A stretch of DNA of 64,000 nt from Zootoca vivipara (GCF_963506605.1 NC_083292.1:41974001-42038000); one strand, 5' to 3'. Positions 28,994 through 49,301 are shown, counted from the stretch's first letter. Made by a program: numbers and translations. The notes: generated by a model from the sequence alone, not told the origin.

Positions 28994-30398
28994 GGCGCGC
29001 CGCGAGGGCCGGCGGGCGGCCTGCCTCTGCCTCCTCTCTGCCTGGCGCCGCCGCCGCCGCGAGCGAGACGGCGAGGAGGGAGAGCGACGCGCCGCCGCCT
29101 CCTGCTGCTGCTCCGCCGCCTCCTCCGGCTGCTCCTCCCGGCGGGCGCTGCTCTCCGGGCCGCCGCCGCGCAACAGTTTGGCTGCCAGAGGCGCGCCAAG
29201 GGCTCCCCGGGGGCGCTTGTTTGTGTTTGAAAAGCGGTGGCGAGGCTGCCGAGGGAGGCCGGGCTCCGCCTCCTCCGCCTTCGCGCTCGCCGACCAGGCC
29301 GCTGCCTTTCCCCACCCCCTGGCCGCAAGGAGGCGGAGGCGCCGCCCGGAGAGGGCGCCCCGAGAGGCGGGCGGAGGAAGGCAGCTCCGCGGGGAACCTC
29401 TCCAGGCCTTGGGCGTCCCTCCGGGATGGCGCCTGTCTTCCTAACCCCGGCGAGGCGCGGAAGAGACGCGATCCTCACGGCCGCCTGCGCGACGCCCACG
29501 TGGAGCCCTTTAGGCCCTTGAGGATACCCTTTCGCTTCAGACGCGATTCTTTATTGTCAATCGCTGGTCGCGATGGGATTTGTATGGCCGCCTTCCTGGC
29601 GGAACCAAATCGGCACGACAACGGGAGGGCGAGACTTGGGTGGCCAGCAAAGCGCGGGGTCTGCTCGTTTTTAATAAAGGGTAGATGGCAGAGATCATAA
29701 GGGGTTCGGGAATATGAACCGCCAGGCCAATTTAAAAACCAGCAGCATTGCACGAAGTCCCAATGGCCGAGTCGAGGCTGCCTCCGACTCGAGGGCGCCT
29801 TTCCTCCACCAAGGCGCCCCAGGCGGCTGACAAAGGCGGGCTCCCTGCCCCGCCCCCCGCGGCCATTTTGATTCCTCTCGCGGCAGGTTTGAGCGCGGGT
29901 GGGCGAAGTGCCTGATGGGAGCCGTGACATTCCCTCCCTGGAGGTCGGAGGCGAGGGAGGAAAGGGAAGCTGAGCAGACGCCAACCAGGACTCTCCTTCC
30001 CGGCAGCCACCGCGCACCACCATGCCGGTGGCCCAGCGGCTACTTCCGGCGCGACTGCTCCTGGGAGTCGTAGTTTCTCCCTCCCTGCTCCCGTGCTGAA
30101 GGAGGAAGAAGCGAGAGCCCCCGCACTGCCTCCTCCTTCCACGGCGGCCGCCATTGCCCGGAGCCGAGTCGGAGGTTGGAGCGAGTCGCCTCTGTAGAAG
30201 GAAGGAAGAAGGGAAAGAGGGGGCGGGGGGAGCCCAGAGCCCGCCTCCTCACCCGGCCTTCCTTCCGGCAGCGGGGGCGTTGCCATGGCGACCGCTGCGG
30301 CCTAGCGGGCTTCACGCTCAAGCGAGCGCGGCCTAGTGCGGCGGGCGCAGCCTCGGCCTCGCGTAGCAGGAGCAGCCGGTGGTAAGGAGGGGGAGGCC

Positions 30399-30773
30399 AT
30401 GTCCTTAGTGGCCTACGCCAGCAGCGAGGAGGAGGAGCAGGAGGAGAGCGACGCGGCCGAGGAGGGAGGAGGAACAGACGGCGGCGACGACGAAGAAGCA
30501 ACAGAGGAGCAGGAGAGGAGCCGGGAGCTTGGCCGGCGAGGCGGAGGCGACCGCGGACTCTTCTCCGCCCTCCCGCCGCCCAAGGCCGGCGCGGGCTTCG
30601 CTTCGCAGCAGCAGCAGCACAGGCCACTCACAGCCGGCCTTCCACTTCCCTTCGCTCCGCGGCCTATCTCGGCCTCGTCCCCGCCGCCGCTTCTGGCCCC
30701 CGCCGCCTCCGAGCGGGCCCCGGGCAAGAAGAGGAAGCAGCCCGTGCGGATCGCGGCGCCTCATCTGGGGGAC
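30399..30773 (+). CDS. PRCC: PRCC exon 1 (375 nt)
   Basis: [12 protein letters not shown]...[11 protein letters not shown] then GTGAGT. Confidence 0.94.
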
Positions 30774-33700
30774 GTGAGTGTCCTGGGGGCCCTTGGTAGA
30801 GGAAGAGCGCAGGATCGGGCCTGCTTCCTCGGCAGGGAGTGAGAGGAGCTCGAGAGTAGACCCATGGAAACGGGGGCATGGTGTCACTGACGTCCCCGTT
30901 AGGCCCTGTCCGTTCTCGTCAGTGGGTCTCCTCCCGAGTAGGACTGGTGTGCAATGCAGCCCAGAGGGTCTCATGGTAGCACCTTGAAAAAAATATGCTT
31001 GGAGTTGACCCGACTCTACTGGCATCTTCCCATCTTGCCTCTTCTTCCTGCAGGAAACATATACAATTTAAGAACTCGCTATTAAATCAGAAAGCAATTT
31101 TTAATACTTTAGCATTAGAATGATAGAGTTTTAGAGTTGGAAGGGACACCATGACTCATCTAGTCCAACCCCCTGCAATGCAGGAATCTCAGCTGGAGCA
31201 TCCATGCCAGATGGCCACCCAGCCTCTGTTTAAAAACCTCCAAGGAAGGAGAGTCTGCCACCACTTGTGGGAGTCTATTCCACTGCCAAAGAGCTCTTAC
31301 TCTCAGAAAGTTCTTCCTGATGTTTAGTCAGAATCTCCTTTCTTGTAACTTGAATCTATTGGTTTGAGTCCTCCCCTCCAGAGCAAGAGAAAACAAGCAT
31401 GCTCCCTCCATGTGACAGCTCTTGTTGAAGATGGCTCTCCTATCTCCTCTCTGTCTCCTCTTTTCAAGGCTAAGCATACCCAGCTCTTTCAACTGTTCCT
31501 CATAAGGCTTAGTTTCCAGACCCTTGATCCTCTTGGTTGCCCTCCTCTGCACACCTTCCAGCCTGTCAACATTCTTCTTAAATTGTGGTGCCCAGAACTG
31601 AACACAGTAGAGTGTGGTCTAAGGCAGAATAAAGCGAGACTATTCCTTTCCTTGACCTGGACATTAGACTTCTGTTGATGTAGCCTAGAATAGTGTTACC
31701 TTTTTTTTTTGCTGCTGCATCACACTGTTGGGCCATGTGATCTACCAAGACCCCATGATCCTTCTTACAGGTACTACTGGCAAGCCAAGTACCCCATCCT
31801 ATATTTGTGCAGCTGGTTCTTCCTGCCTAAGTGCAGAACCTTACCTTTGTCCTTATTGAAATACATTTTGTTAATTTGGACCCAAGTGGGGTCTTGTCCT
31901 ACTCAGAGGAGACCCATTGTGACTGACAGTGGCTTGCAGTCTATTGCTAGAGTATCTGCTTTACATGCAGAAGGTCAGAGGCTCAATCCCCAGGGGTGGC
32001 TTCTCCAAGTAGGACTGGGAATGTTGTGTGCCAGTCAGTGTATATGAAGGGAGATGGACCAGCCGCCTGGCTTGGTAGATTGCAGCTTGTTAAAAAGCAG
32101 AGGGAGCAAACATGGGCAAGTGGTGAAGAGTTGATGAACTCAAGCCCCCACCCCCACCCGCACCTCTCTGAACCTGCAATGGGAGCTGCCCAGCCACTGA
32201 TAGGTTTTGTGAGAACTTGGGAACCTTCTGCTTTTTTTGGAATCCAAGATGCTCAGCACTCTGCTTGGCTGGAGTGTAAAGGTTTGCCTTTTGTAGTCCG
32301 ATTCCTTCCTTGACCTTTGGGTCGCACTTCTGAGCCAAAACAGGAGGGCGAAAAGAGCCAAAACAGGAGGGTGAAAAGGGAAGGCTGTGGTGATAAGGGC
32401 ACTGGCCTCAGGGAGTGGGGCTGGTGGAGGAGCTCACTGGGCCTTCTTGCAAAGCTCCACACAAAGACAGCTGCTGTTTCTGCTTCCTAGGAGCTGCTGG
32501 GTCTGTCCTTATCACTTACTTGCAGCAGGAGGGAAGGGAGGAGGAGTTGCCAAATGTTTCTTCCTATCCACGCGAGGGAGGGGGGAACCTTTTATTGTTT
32601 TGTAAATAAAATTTATGTGCGCCCTTCTCATGCATAAGTCATCCAAGGCCCACAATCCAAACAATACTTGGGTTCTACTTAGTTAAGTTAGAGTAGACCA
32701 GTTGAAATTATTGGACCCTATTTAGTCACATCCATTAGCTTCAGTAGGCAACTCTGAGTAGGACTAATGTAACATAAGGAAAAGCTGTCCTGCAAATATA
32801 CATAGGTTTTTGCAGTCCATATGCCTAGCAGTGTTAAGATTTGAGTGAATTAAGTTGAGAGAAGGATTGTTCACACAATTTCCTGTGTAAAAAGCTATTT
32901 TGAATCCAATACAGATCTGGACTGGGACAGAGCTAGACATATATATTAGTTGAAAATGTAGAGACCTTTTGCACTGTCTACCTCTGTCCCAGTCCGAATC
33001 TGTATTGGATTCAAAATATCTATCTATCTTTGCCCTGACAGAGAAATACCACTGGGTGCGACAGGGCCTTTCTGGTCTCTTCTCCTTGCACTCAGTTCTG
33101 CTCTCTCTTTCTCTCTCTCAGTCGGATTCCGAGGAAGATGAACCAGCAAAGAAGCATCCCTCTTTCCAGGTGAGGACTTGGGCTCGGGCAAGTAGTGCTC
33201 CTGTAAAGCGGGGGGGGGGGGGGGGGAGAGCGGAGCACCTTGCTTTCAGTGAAAAGTGTTTGCTCCTAGTCAGGCAGAGGCCCCTGGGGTTGAGTTGCTT
33301 CCCTGGATAAGTCACGTTAGTGAAATCTCACATGTGAAACAAAGTTCAGTCGATCAGTCACTGCAGGCTTCATGGACAGCCACAGTTCATGTCTTTCTAT
33401 GAAGGCATAGCTAGTTCCTGCTTGGCTCCTTCCCTGAGGCAGGTGGCGGCAGCAAGCTGTGTGGCCTGACTTGGTGTTGCTTCGTGGTGCAGCTTCCTGG
33501 GTGAAGGAGGGGCTGCTGTGGCTCCCACAGTCCCCTTGCCAGCAGGCCCAGGTGGATGTAGTCCTTCTTGGCCCTGTCTCACTTTCCCCTATGTCTTCCC
33601 ACCCTCCAGGCCCAGAGCGAGGGCTCCGGCTTGTCTGCTCTACTTCCTCAGCCCAAGAACCTGACGGTGAAAGAGACGAACCGGCTGCTGCTCCCTTATG

Positions 33701-36093
33701 CTTTCTCTAGGAAAGCCGCGGCTGCTGCCGAGAGCCCCCCGGAAGCCAAGCCTGCCAAAGGTCCACCCTCCTCCTCCAAGCCAAAGCCTCTCCTCAAGGC
33801 ACCCTCGGCCGTGACAACAACCACAACTCCCTCCCCATCAGCCATCAAGGCGGCCGCCAAGAGCGCCGCCCTCCAGGTGACCAAGCAGATCACGCAGGAG
33901 GAGAACGACAGCGACGAGGAGGTGGCCCCTGAGAACTACTTCTCCCTGTCCGACTGGAGTGATGCGCCAGCCCTCAGTCCAGAGGCCTACACCTACCCTG
34001 GTCCCTTGGTACCGGACGATCTGCCCCCTGGGACAGAGCCGGACCCTGAGCCTGAGAGCCAGGACGCAGCTGCCAACGCCCCGCTGGAGTTCAAGACAGG
34101 GCCGGGGGCCGGCTCGGCTACCCACGGATGGGCTCCAAAGCCTGGTGAAGACTATGCGCTCTACCCTGGCTGCAACGATGCAGGCGGCCCCAGCCCCTAC
34201 TACCAGGTGAGAGGGGCAGCGTAAGGAGGCTCCTTCTGCAGCTGGTGGGTTGAGCCTCAAGGATGGCATTGGCACAGTGGGAAGGGCAAGTGGCTTTCGG
34301 GAAGGAGGCTGGGATGGGCATGGGGAGCTGGGATGGGGGGTGGCTTGGGGACAGGTGACAGGCAAAGTGGCTGGTCCTACAGTAGATTCCTCTCCTGGTG
34401 CTGAGGAGATCCTTTCCCCCACCTGGCTTCCTCTACAGCAGGATTACTACAGCAGCAACTACTACTCGGACACAGACCCGGAGCTGGGCCCGCCCCAAGA
34501 GATGAGCAGCGAAGGCGATTCTTCTTCCTTCGTGGACGATGAAGCGGTGAGAAGCTGCTCTCAGGGCCCCCTTCACTGGTGGGGTGGGACAGGGCACCCT
34601 CTCCTCTGGCTGTGGTGTCCCTCCCAGCATTTGGGGGTGAGGGGGTCTCTGGAACTTGGCAGGGACTGCAGAACTTGGATTCCAAGGCTGCCGGGCAGGT
34701 AGGGACAAGCAGCCCCACCCAAGAGGTGTGGGTGAGGGTCTGACATCTCTGCTTGACTTCTAGCTTTCAGCAACTCTAAACAGGACCTTCTGCTTAGAAA
34801 CTGGGGGCAGGATAGGACCCAACCCCCCCCCCCCCAGAAGTGGAAGGTTTTGTTCTCTGGTCTTATGAAAGGATGGCCTCACCCTCCCACTTCCCACCCC
34901 CATTTCTTTCCACTGAGTGAGCAGAGAGTGTCCCCCTCCCCCAGAAGTGAGGGTTAGAGGTTTGTTTGGGACTGCTCAAAGGAGGCAGCTCATCTGCATC
35001 CACTTGCTCTTCCACAGGAGGTCAAGGGGAGGGTTCTGGTTGGCTGTGGACACCGCAAAAGGGGCTTCTGGGTGTTTCAGCTGCAGCCCAGCCTCAATGG
35101 GCCTGGGATTAATCGCGTTTGGGATGCTCAGCAGACTGAATCCCTCTTTCCTCCTCCCGTCCCTTGCTCAGTTCAAGCGTCTGCAAGGCAAGAGGAACCG
35201 CGGGCGAGAAGAGATCAACTTTGTGGAGATCAAGGGGGATGACCAGCTGAGCGGCGCCCAGCAGTGGCTGACCAAGTCCTTGACAGAGGAGCAGAACATG
35301 AAGTCCTTCAGCAAGGTGAGGGGGGCCCTCTGTCTCCTCGCAGGGGGAGCCTTCCCTCTCCCCTCCTGCTCTGCTGGTAATCACAACTCCTGTCTCTGTT
35401 TCTTTTCAGAAAAAGGGGGAGCAGCCCACGGGGCAACAGCGGAGGAAGCACCAGATCACGTATCTGATTCACCAGGTGAGGCTGCTGAGGTCCCCCCTTC
35501 CTGCCCCCCAGTCACCCTACCGTAGTCTGGGCCTTGTGCCCTGGAAGCCACAGCAGTTGGCAAAGTGGGTCCTCTTCTGCCCTGCTGTCAAGATCCTGCC
35601 CAGGGCTCCTGCGGGGTTTGCTCTAGAGCAGGGGCCATGGGCCATCCATGGCCCACCAGACACTTTGCCAATTATTTTTATTGATTTTCCAAACTATTAA
35701 AAATTAGACTCTTTGGGACTGCAACATCCACCATCACCTCCAAGCTGACCGCTGGGGCTGATGGGAGATGCACTTCAGCATCCTCTGGGAGGAAAATCAT
35801 GTGTCCTGCCAGATGCTCAGCATTGCTGCCCTTTTATGGCTGAAGTCCAGAAGCCCCAAATGAAGCCCTGTTTTAAAGAGTGGGTCAGGCCACTGGGGCA
35901 GTGCGGGTGTCTTGGTGTCTGCTCTTGGTGGTGTGGGTGGAACAGGCGCCCTGCCAAGCGAAGGGCCCTGCTTCTGAGCCTCCGTCTCCCTCTCTTTCTG
36001 GGGCAGGCAAAAGAGCGCGAGCTGGAGCTGAAGAACACGTGGGCCGAGAACAAGCTCAGTCGGCGTCAGACGCAGGCCAAGTATGGATTCTAG
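30399..36093 (+). CDS. PRCC: Proline-rich mitotic checkpoint control factor PRCC, complete, 7 exons, 1422 nt / 473 aa
   Basis: Exons 30399-30773, 33122-33169, 33610-34206, 34442-34546, 35172-35315, 35410-35475, 36007-36093. MSLVAYASS...[10 protein letters not shown]...SDSEEDEP...[23 protein letters not shown]...[40 protein letters not shown]. All introns phase-0 GT-AG. Confidence 0.97.
31115..31880 (-). mobile_element. CR1 LINE 3' fragment in PRCC intron 1
   Basis: Minus ORF 31328-31552 [32 protein letters not shown] is CR1 ORF2; CR1 3' terminus at the left end. Confidence 0.9.
32896..33018. repeat. 44-bp inverted repeat (41/44 paired, 35-nt loop)
   Basis: Arms 32896-32939 and 32975-33018. 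Confidence 0.85.
33122..33169 (+). CDS. PRCC: PRCC exon 2 (48 nt)
   Basis: [16 protein letters not shown] after a long CT tract. Confidence 0.94.
33610..34206 (+). CDS. PRCC: PRCC exon 3 (597 nt)
   Basis: [18 protein letters not shown]...[21 protein letters not shown]...SPYYQ. Confidence 0.94.
34442..34546 (+). CDS. PRCC: PRCC exon 4 (105 nt; tandem CAGCAG acceptor allows a start at 34439)
   Basis: [35 protein letters not shown]. Confidence 0.9.
35172..35315 (+). CDS. PRCC: PRCC exon 5 (144 nt)
   Basis: [48 protein letters not shown]. Confidence 0.96.
35410..35475 (+). CDS. PRCC: PRCC exon 6 (66 nt)
   Basis: [22 protein letters not shown]. Confidence 0.96.
36007..36093 (+). CDS. PRCC: PRCC exon 7, coding part (87 nt)
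   Basis: [28 protein letters not shown]. Confidence 0.96.
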   Translation, partial: AKERELELKNTWAENKLSRRQTQAKYGF

Positions 36094-37347
36094 GGCCTGC
36101 CTGCCTCCTCTGAGCCCCTCTAGGCAAAAGCTGCCAGCCCCAGACCACGTTGCGTGAAAGGAAGAGAGGGGCCTGCGGAGGGAAGAAGGGCGTGAGGCTG
36201 TGCACCTTTGTGGCCACCGCTGCCTTTCCAGGCAGGGATCTTCAGCAGAGGGATGCAGAGGAGTGCTCTGGCCCCCCGAGAAGGCCCACTAGGCTGCCTG
36301 GCACCCCCAAGCCCCTTTTCTTTCCAGTAGCCAACGTGACACGGACGAGGCCCACGTCAGCTAGGGGGAGACCAGCGTTGCTCACTCCCTTGGAACTGCC
36401 CACCTTGCAGGGGGGGGGGCAGCCCAGGTAGTCCACCCAACCACGGGTGCAGGACTGTCCCGGAGTGCTCTTCTGTAGCTGCCCCCCACCCGGTTCTTCT
36501 GGTGTCTCTGTGTTTGTGCTCCAGACCATTTGCCTTCCCATTCCAGGCTGAGGAGAATTCTCATCTTCTGTGGGTTTGGGGCAGCCCCCTCCTTGTTTCT
36601 TGTTGGAAGCTTTCCTGGCGGCCTCCTTGATGACAATGTTTGGGTTTCAGCACAAGACAGGGCTGGAAGGTGCGTGGCCTGTGATCTCTCCCCCAAAGCC
36701 ATAAGGACACATCACTGTTAACAGCACGTGGGCTAAGTGCTAGCAGGATCCATGCACTTCCAGGAGGCTGGCTGCTTTGCAGGGTCCCCCAGCCCAGGGT
36801 GAGGGCGGCAAGCGGAGCCTGCCCCAAGGCCTGCGGCATCACCCACCCTCTGGGCTTCCACCCCTCAATGAACCTGGGCTTCCCACTCTCTTGGCTTCTG
36901 GGGCCTCTGCCCAGACCCCATTGTGACTGTGGGGTGGGACCCCTCTTGCCACCCCTCCCCTCCCTAGATTCCAGGTGGGAGGAGCCAGGCGGGGAATTCT
37001 GCTGGGGCACACACACTTGCTCTCTTTCCTTGCCGCTCCATCTCAGATTCTTCTGCTGCTGGGCCTCATCAAGCAGCCCTCAAAATCCCCGGCCTTCTGG
37101 TCTCACATCCTCCATCGTGGGATTGTTGTGTTCTCTTCCTTGTTGTTGTTGTCTTTCAAATTGGAGCCCGTTTTCCATTTTGGGAGGGTGTGTCCCCTTC
37201 ACTGTGGCAGAATTTCTGGGTGAATGATGATGTCTCTGTATTTAGGGTATTTTTTTTTCTAAACAGAAACAAAAAAAAAGCAATTTCTAGTTTATTTCCC
37301 TTAACATTTTAGTACTTAGAAAAGCCTCTCTTTTTTCAGTATTCCAA

Positions 37348-37421
37348 AATAAAGCTCTCATTCAGTAATTTATTCGTTATCTTATGAAACTGTCTGGAAA
37401 GAGATTTTATAAAAGAATAAA
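37348..37421 (+). terminator. PRCC polyadenylation signals (AATAAA at 37348 and 37416)
   Basis: Two AATAAA hexamers in an AT-rich block about 1.3 kb after the PRCC stop codon. Confidence 0.7.
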
Positions 37422-39039
37422 GCTTTTAAATGAAATTCCCCTCCTTCCCCTCTCTCAGAACATTTTAGTATGGTTTGTTTGGGCTCCCCTCAGTCTCCAC
37501 CCTCATACTCCCTTTGGACTCCTTTTCCTCCCTTTCAAACCAAGGGACCTCGGGCAGCTTCTGTGTTCCTGAGGATGCTTCATGCCTCTGAAGGGCTTGC
37601 AGGGTAACAGCTGGGCCCCAATGTGGGGTGGAGAAGCACCACCACACCACTTTGAGCAGTCATGGATTTCCCCCAGGAATCTTGGGAACTGTAGTTTGGC
37701 CAGGGCGCTCATAGCGGTTGGGAGATCCTCTGAGCTACAGTTTGCATTTCCCTCTCCCCAATGAATTTTGTAAGTTTTATCTCTGTGAGCAGAATAGGGT
37801 GCGGGAGGTTTCTCCTAACAGCTCACGGCACCCTTAATAATCAACGCCAGGAGGCTGTGGTTGAATCTCTCCTTCTGGCCCAGGGGCAGAAAAGGGGCAA
37901 GGGCATGCAGTGCCTCCTCTTCCCCATTGCTCTCACCCATCCAGCCCTGAGAAGCCGTGTTCCTTCTCCTGTCACCAGCCACGTCTTGGGGGAGCGTCTG
38001 CCTTCCTTCCTGTCCGTTCTGATAAGGAGTCCCAGCCAAGCAGAAGTGGGCAGCAGGCGCTAGGCCAGTTCAGCCGGATTAAAAATAACTCCTCTCCTGC
38101 CCCAGGTCAGGAAGCACTAGGAGGTGTGCAAGAGCAGCAGGTTGGGGGCTGGAGGAGGCAGCCAGAGAAGGCACAGTGGGCCAGCTATCCCACTGGGCAA
38201 TGGGGCTCTCTGGGCTGGCTCAGACACCATTTCTGAACTCCTGTCACTGCTGTTCAGCTCAGGTCCTGCTTCTGGGCTTCCCCTTAAGGTCCTTGTGGTT
38301 GACCATGAGAACAGGATGCAGGCCTTTGGCTGGGTCCAGCTGCAGCCAGACTCCTCTTATGTTTTCTGCCTGTGTAACAGCAGCTTCACCTTGCCTGACC
38401 TTAGCCTGGATTTTTCAAAGCTGCAGCTACAGGAACACAAAGACAGAAGGTAATGGCTCTCCAGCATTATCCAAAATGCTCCCCGAGAATTGAGGATGGG
38501 ATTTCTGCAGAAATCAGAGCAGCCCCAGCTCAAGGAAACGTTTCTAGCACTAACTCCCCACCCCACCCCCTTGGTATTCTGCAGTATACTACTAATCTTG
38601 AACTGCCAGGGCTGGTTACTCTGCAGACAGCACTTTCCCAAGTTTGCTACAGCTACCAGGCTCTCCAAAGGATACCTACCGCCTTGCAGCTGGTCAAGGG
38701 AAGCAGAGAAAAGCAGAGTGGGGAGGGTTCAGAACGTTTTAACTTTGCTTTCAGTCTGGGTGACAGTTCTTTAAGCTTGGGCCACCCGTGTCTACCCCCT
38801 TGAAGGAATGGTCTGTGCCCAGGCTGTTGGAAGTAACTTGCATGCATGTCCAGGTGGGTCCTTAGGGGACAGGAAGTCAGCAAGAAACCACCCAACTGCT
38901 GGTTGACTGCCTTGCTCCAGGGGGCTGTATGAGAGCTGCAGTTGGGAGCGTGCAGGGGAAAGGCCTGGCTCCGCAGCGAGAAGAATGGAAGGTGCTCCTC
39001 ACTGCGCAGCGGCTGGGAGGCCTGGTCCCTGGTCAGGAA

Positions 39040-40760
39040 GGGGGCTGCGGCCGGGCCTCTTTGGAGGGGCTGTCATTGCAAGCGGAAAAGGAGCCCCTCC
39101 AGGGCCCTCCGCCGGCTGAGCTGCTCGCGGGCGACCTGCGGGGAGGGAGCCGGAGGTGTCTCGGAAATGCCCCTCGGAAGGGACTCTCCAGCCGGAGCGC
39201 GCCCTGCAGCAGCCCCCGAGGCGCCCACGGGAAGGAAAGGGTCCTGGGCCGGCGGGGCGGCTCCTCCTCCTCTTCGGAGCGAGCCAGGACCAGACCGGCG
39301 GAGCTGCGGCCGGAGCAGGAGGGCTGGATTGCTCTCTCTCGGGCCAGCGCTGCTTGACCGGAGGTAAGCGGGGCGGCGGCGGAGGGAAGCGCCCTGACTG
39401 CCCCCCCCCTTCGGGGCTCGCTGGCCTCCCTCGCAGGGCTGGGAAGGAGGGCGGAAAGCGCCACTCTCCAGGTGGGCGCGGCGGGCGGTTGTGCTTTGGT
39501 CCCGCCGAGAGAGGGGATGGTTGCCTTTCTTAGGAACTCGCCCCGTGCCGTTGCTCTGCGAAGGGCAGGGTTCGGGGTCTGGGGCTACGGAGCCCGAGAG
39601 CAGGGGATCGACTCTGCCTCCTTCCCCCACCTGCAGTGGAGCTGAGCCGCATCCAATGCCAGGCAAGTCTCCTCCGTCCCTGAAGCAGGGGACCCCCGCG
39701 GAGTCCCTCTGTGCCTCCCCTGGGACGACGATCCCACTAGGCAGCTCCTTCCTCGGGAGGAAGACTCTTTCTGCCGCCCTGCCAGGCGGGCTTTTCTCCC
39801 ATGAAAGCGGCGGCAGAGGATCGCAACTCGGCTGCTCTAGCGCGCTATCCCAAGCCGCAGTCGCCGCCGGCTCCATGGGGCGGGGAGACTCTTCCAGGGT
39901 CCCCAGGACCTTTTCCCAGCACGGACCAACGCCGCCTGGCTGGTTCCTTGGGCTTGCTTGCCTGGGATTATCCGCCCTCCTTCCCCTGAGCCTGCGTGTT
40001 GGGAGGCGGGCTTCCCTCCCTCCAGGAATTTGCCGCTTGCGACATATTTCCACCGCCCTCGCCCCGATTTTTCGTCCTGCCTCAAATAAGGTGTTTGTGC
40101 TGCTGCGTTTGGGGCATCCGAGGCCAGCTGGAAAGACAAATGCGCCCCCGGAGCAGCAGCGCCGCTGTCCAGCTCCAGGCGGAGAAGGAATGTGTCCGCC
40201 GGGATGGATGCCTTGGCCCGCCCTGCTCCTCCCCGTCTCCAGCGCGAGGATCCTCGGGCTGTTCGAGATGGGAAAGAGGCGCCTCTAACTGCTCGCTGCT
40301 GATGCTCCAGGGACCCGGCCTGGCTCGTGGGATTATTGGCCTGGCTGGCTGGTCGCTGGTTGCGCAGAGACAGCCCGCTGAAACGCACCAGCGAGACTCT
40401 TTCGCTTTCCTCTCGTGGCCCATTTACGCGGGTCAGCTTCTGAACGCGCAGGCTTCTTTCTGGGTCGGGGCACCTTTCTCTTCTCCTGCCATGCTCGCCT
40501 CTTGCTCCTGCCGCCACCTCCTGCTTCTGCCTCTCGCTTTAGTTCCCTGGGCAATGGCGGCCCCCTTGCCCGGCATTTCCCCCTTTACATCACCCCGGAG
40601 ATGGACGAGCCTTTGGCCTCTCTCCTGACAAAGGGATGGGCCGCCGGAGTTCGGTGGCAGAGCAGCTGCTCTGTGTGCAGAACGTCCCGGATTCCGTCCC
40701 CGCTGGCAGCATCTCCCAGCAGGGCTGAGAAAGGTCCCCGTATTTGAAACCCCGAAGAGC
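39040..40760. promoter_or_regulatory. Second CpG-rich region upstream of the kinase (possible alternative promoter)
   Basis: CpG-dense, strong donor GAG|GTAAGC at 39363/39364, no recognisable protein in any frame. Confidence 0.4.
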
Positions 40761-40989
40761 CACAGTCAGTGCTCTGACTCGGCAGATAAGGCAGCGTCCG
40801 ACCTTCCAGAGAAACCTGCAAGCACGATCTGAACCCAGTCGCCCCCTCTTGCTGTTGTGACCCCTAGGACGGGCATTTAGAGCCATGTTGTTTTGGATTC
40901 TGATACAGATAGATAGATAGATAGAGTAGATGATAGATAGATAGATAGATAGATTGATATGCATGCAGAGGCCCCGATCTACACCTCAT

Positions 40990-41800
40990 AGGCGGGGTTG
41001 TGTTTTCTTACGCAACGCGCTGCTATCGCATTAGCAGCTACTTGAGAGTGGCCCGTCCGCACCACATCCCGCTTTGCTCGTTTTTCTGCGGCTGTCCCCT
41101 GGAAAGGCAACTCTTGCACCATCGCGCAGCAAACGCCGAGTCAAAAACCTGCTGGATTTCTGCAGGAAGTGGCGGCCCTGTTGCTGCTGCCCCGCTTTCC
41201 CCCGGGGTGGATCGGGTGCGTGGAAAGCAGCTCCTGGCGCCTCCGGGGAGCGATTTGGCTCCGGCCAGCGGCGGGGCGCCGCGTCCGCTCTCTTCTCCGC
41301 CCCTTCCCGCCAGGTGTGCCGAGGGCTCCTTCCGCAGGAGGGCGAGGCTCCTCGGCTGGGAGGGGACTGGGCTGCCGCCGCTGCTGGAGCACGAAGAGGA
41401 GGAAGTGGAAGCGCCCGGAGATCGCGATGGTCGCCTGCAGGTGCCTCCCGGAGCTCAGAGGCGCCGGCGGCAGCAGCAAGAGGGGCCGCGCGGGTGGGAG
41501 CCCGTGAGAGCGAGCGCGTGAGTGCGGGGAGCTGAGCGCTGGGTCCCGGAAAAGGGGGCTCCGTCTCTCGCAGCCTCTGATCGCCCCGAGGGGTGCTGCG
41601 GGGGGGGGGAATCTGGCATGTCTGCAGAGAGCTACACCCCCAAATGAGGAAGTCGGTCCTCTCTCCGGTCGACTAGGCCCGCGGAGCAGAATCGAGACCG
41701 TCCCTCGGCGGGGAGGCAGAGATCTGCGCGGAGGGAGCGGGGTTACGGGGCGGGGGCTGGCCTGGGAGAGGCCCCTCCCGCGCGCGCACGTGTTGAAGGG
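40990..41800 (+). promoter_or_regulatory. CpG-island promoter and probable non-coding first exon (ends 41517) of the DAPK2-like gene
   Basis: CpG-rich; donor GC|GTGAGT at 41518; GGAAGT ETS cores at ~41165, ~41401 and ~41647; TTACGCAA bZIP-type site ~41008. Confidence 0.6.
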
Positions 41801-42093
41801 CCGTGAGAAAGTCTGGGACATGGAAGGCAGTGGGGGCTGGAAGAAGATATGAAATTCCTCGGTGTTGGTGCGGATGGGGAAGGGCCTCGGACTCGGTCCT
41901 GGCACTCCCCCGCCGTGGGACTGCTCACACTGCCCACTCCGCGACGTTTCTCTGTCTCCGATTTGCTTCCCAAGTGCAGCAGAAGCACCGCCTGACTGCT
42001 CGATAGGTGGGTCTGGCTCGCCCGCAACTGATGCAGGCGGAGAGCGGCCCATCCCTCTGCAGGAGCTGACCGGTTCCTTTCCTTTTGCAGCTG

Positions 42094-49301
<7,208 letters not shown>

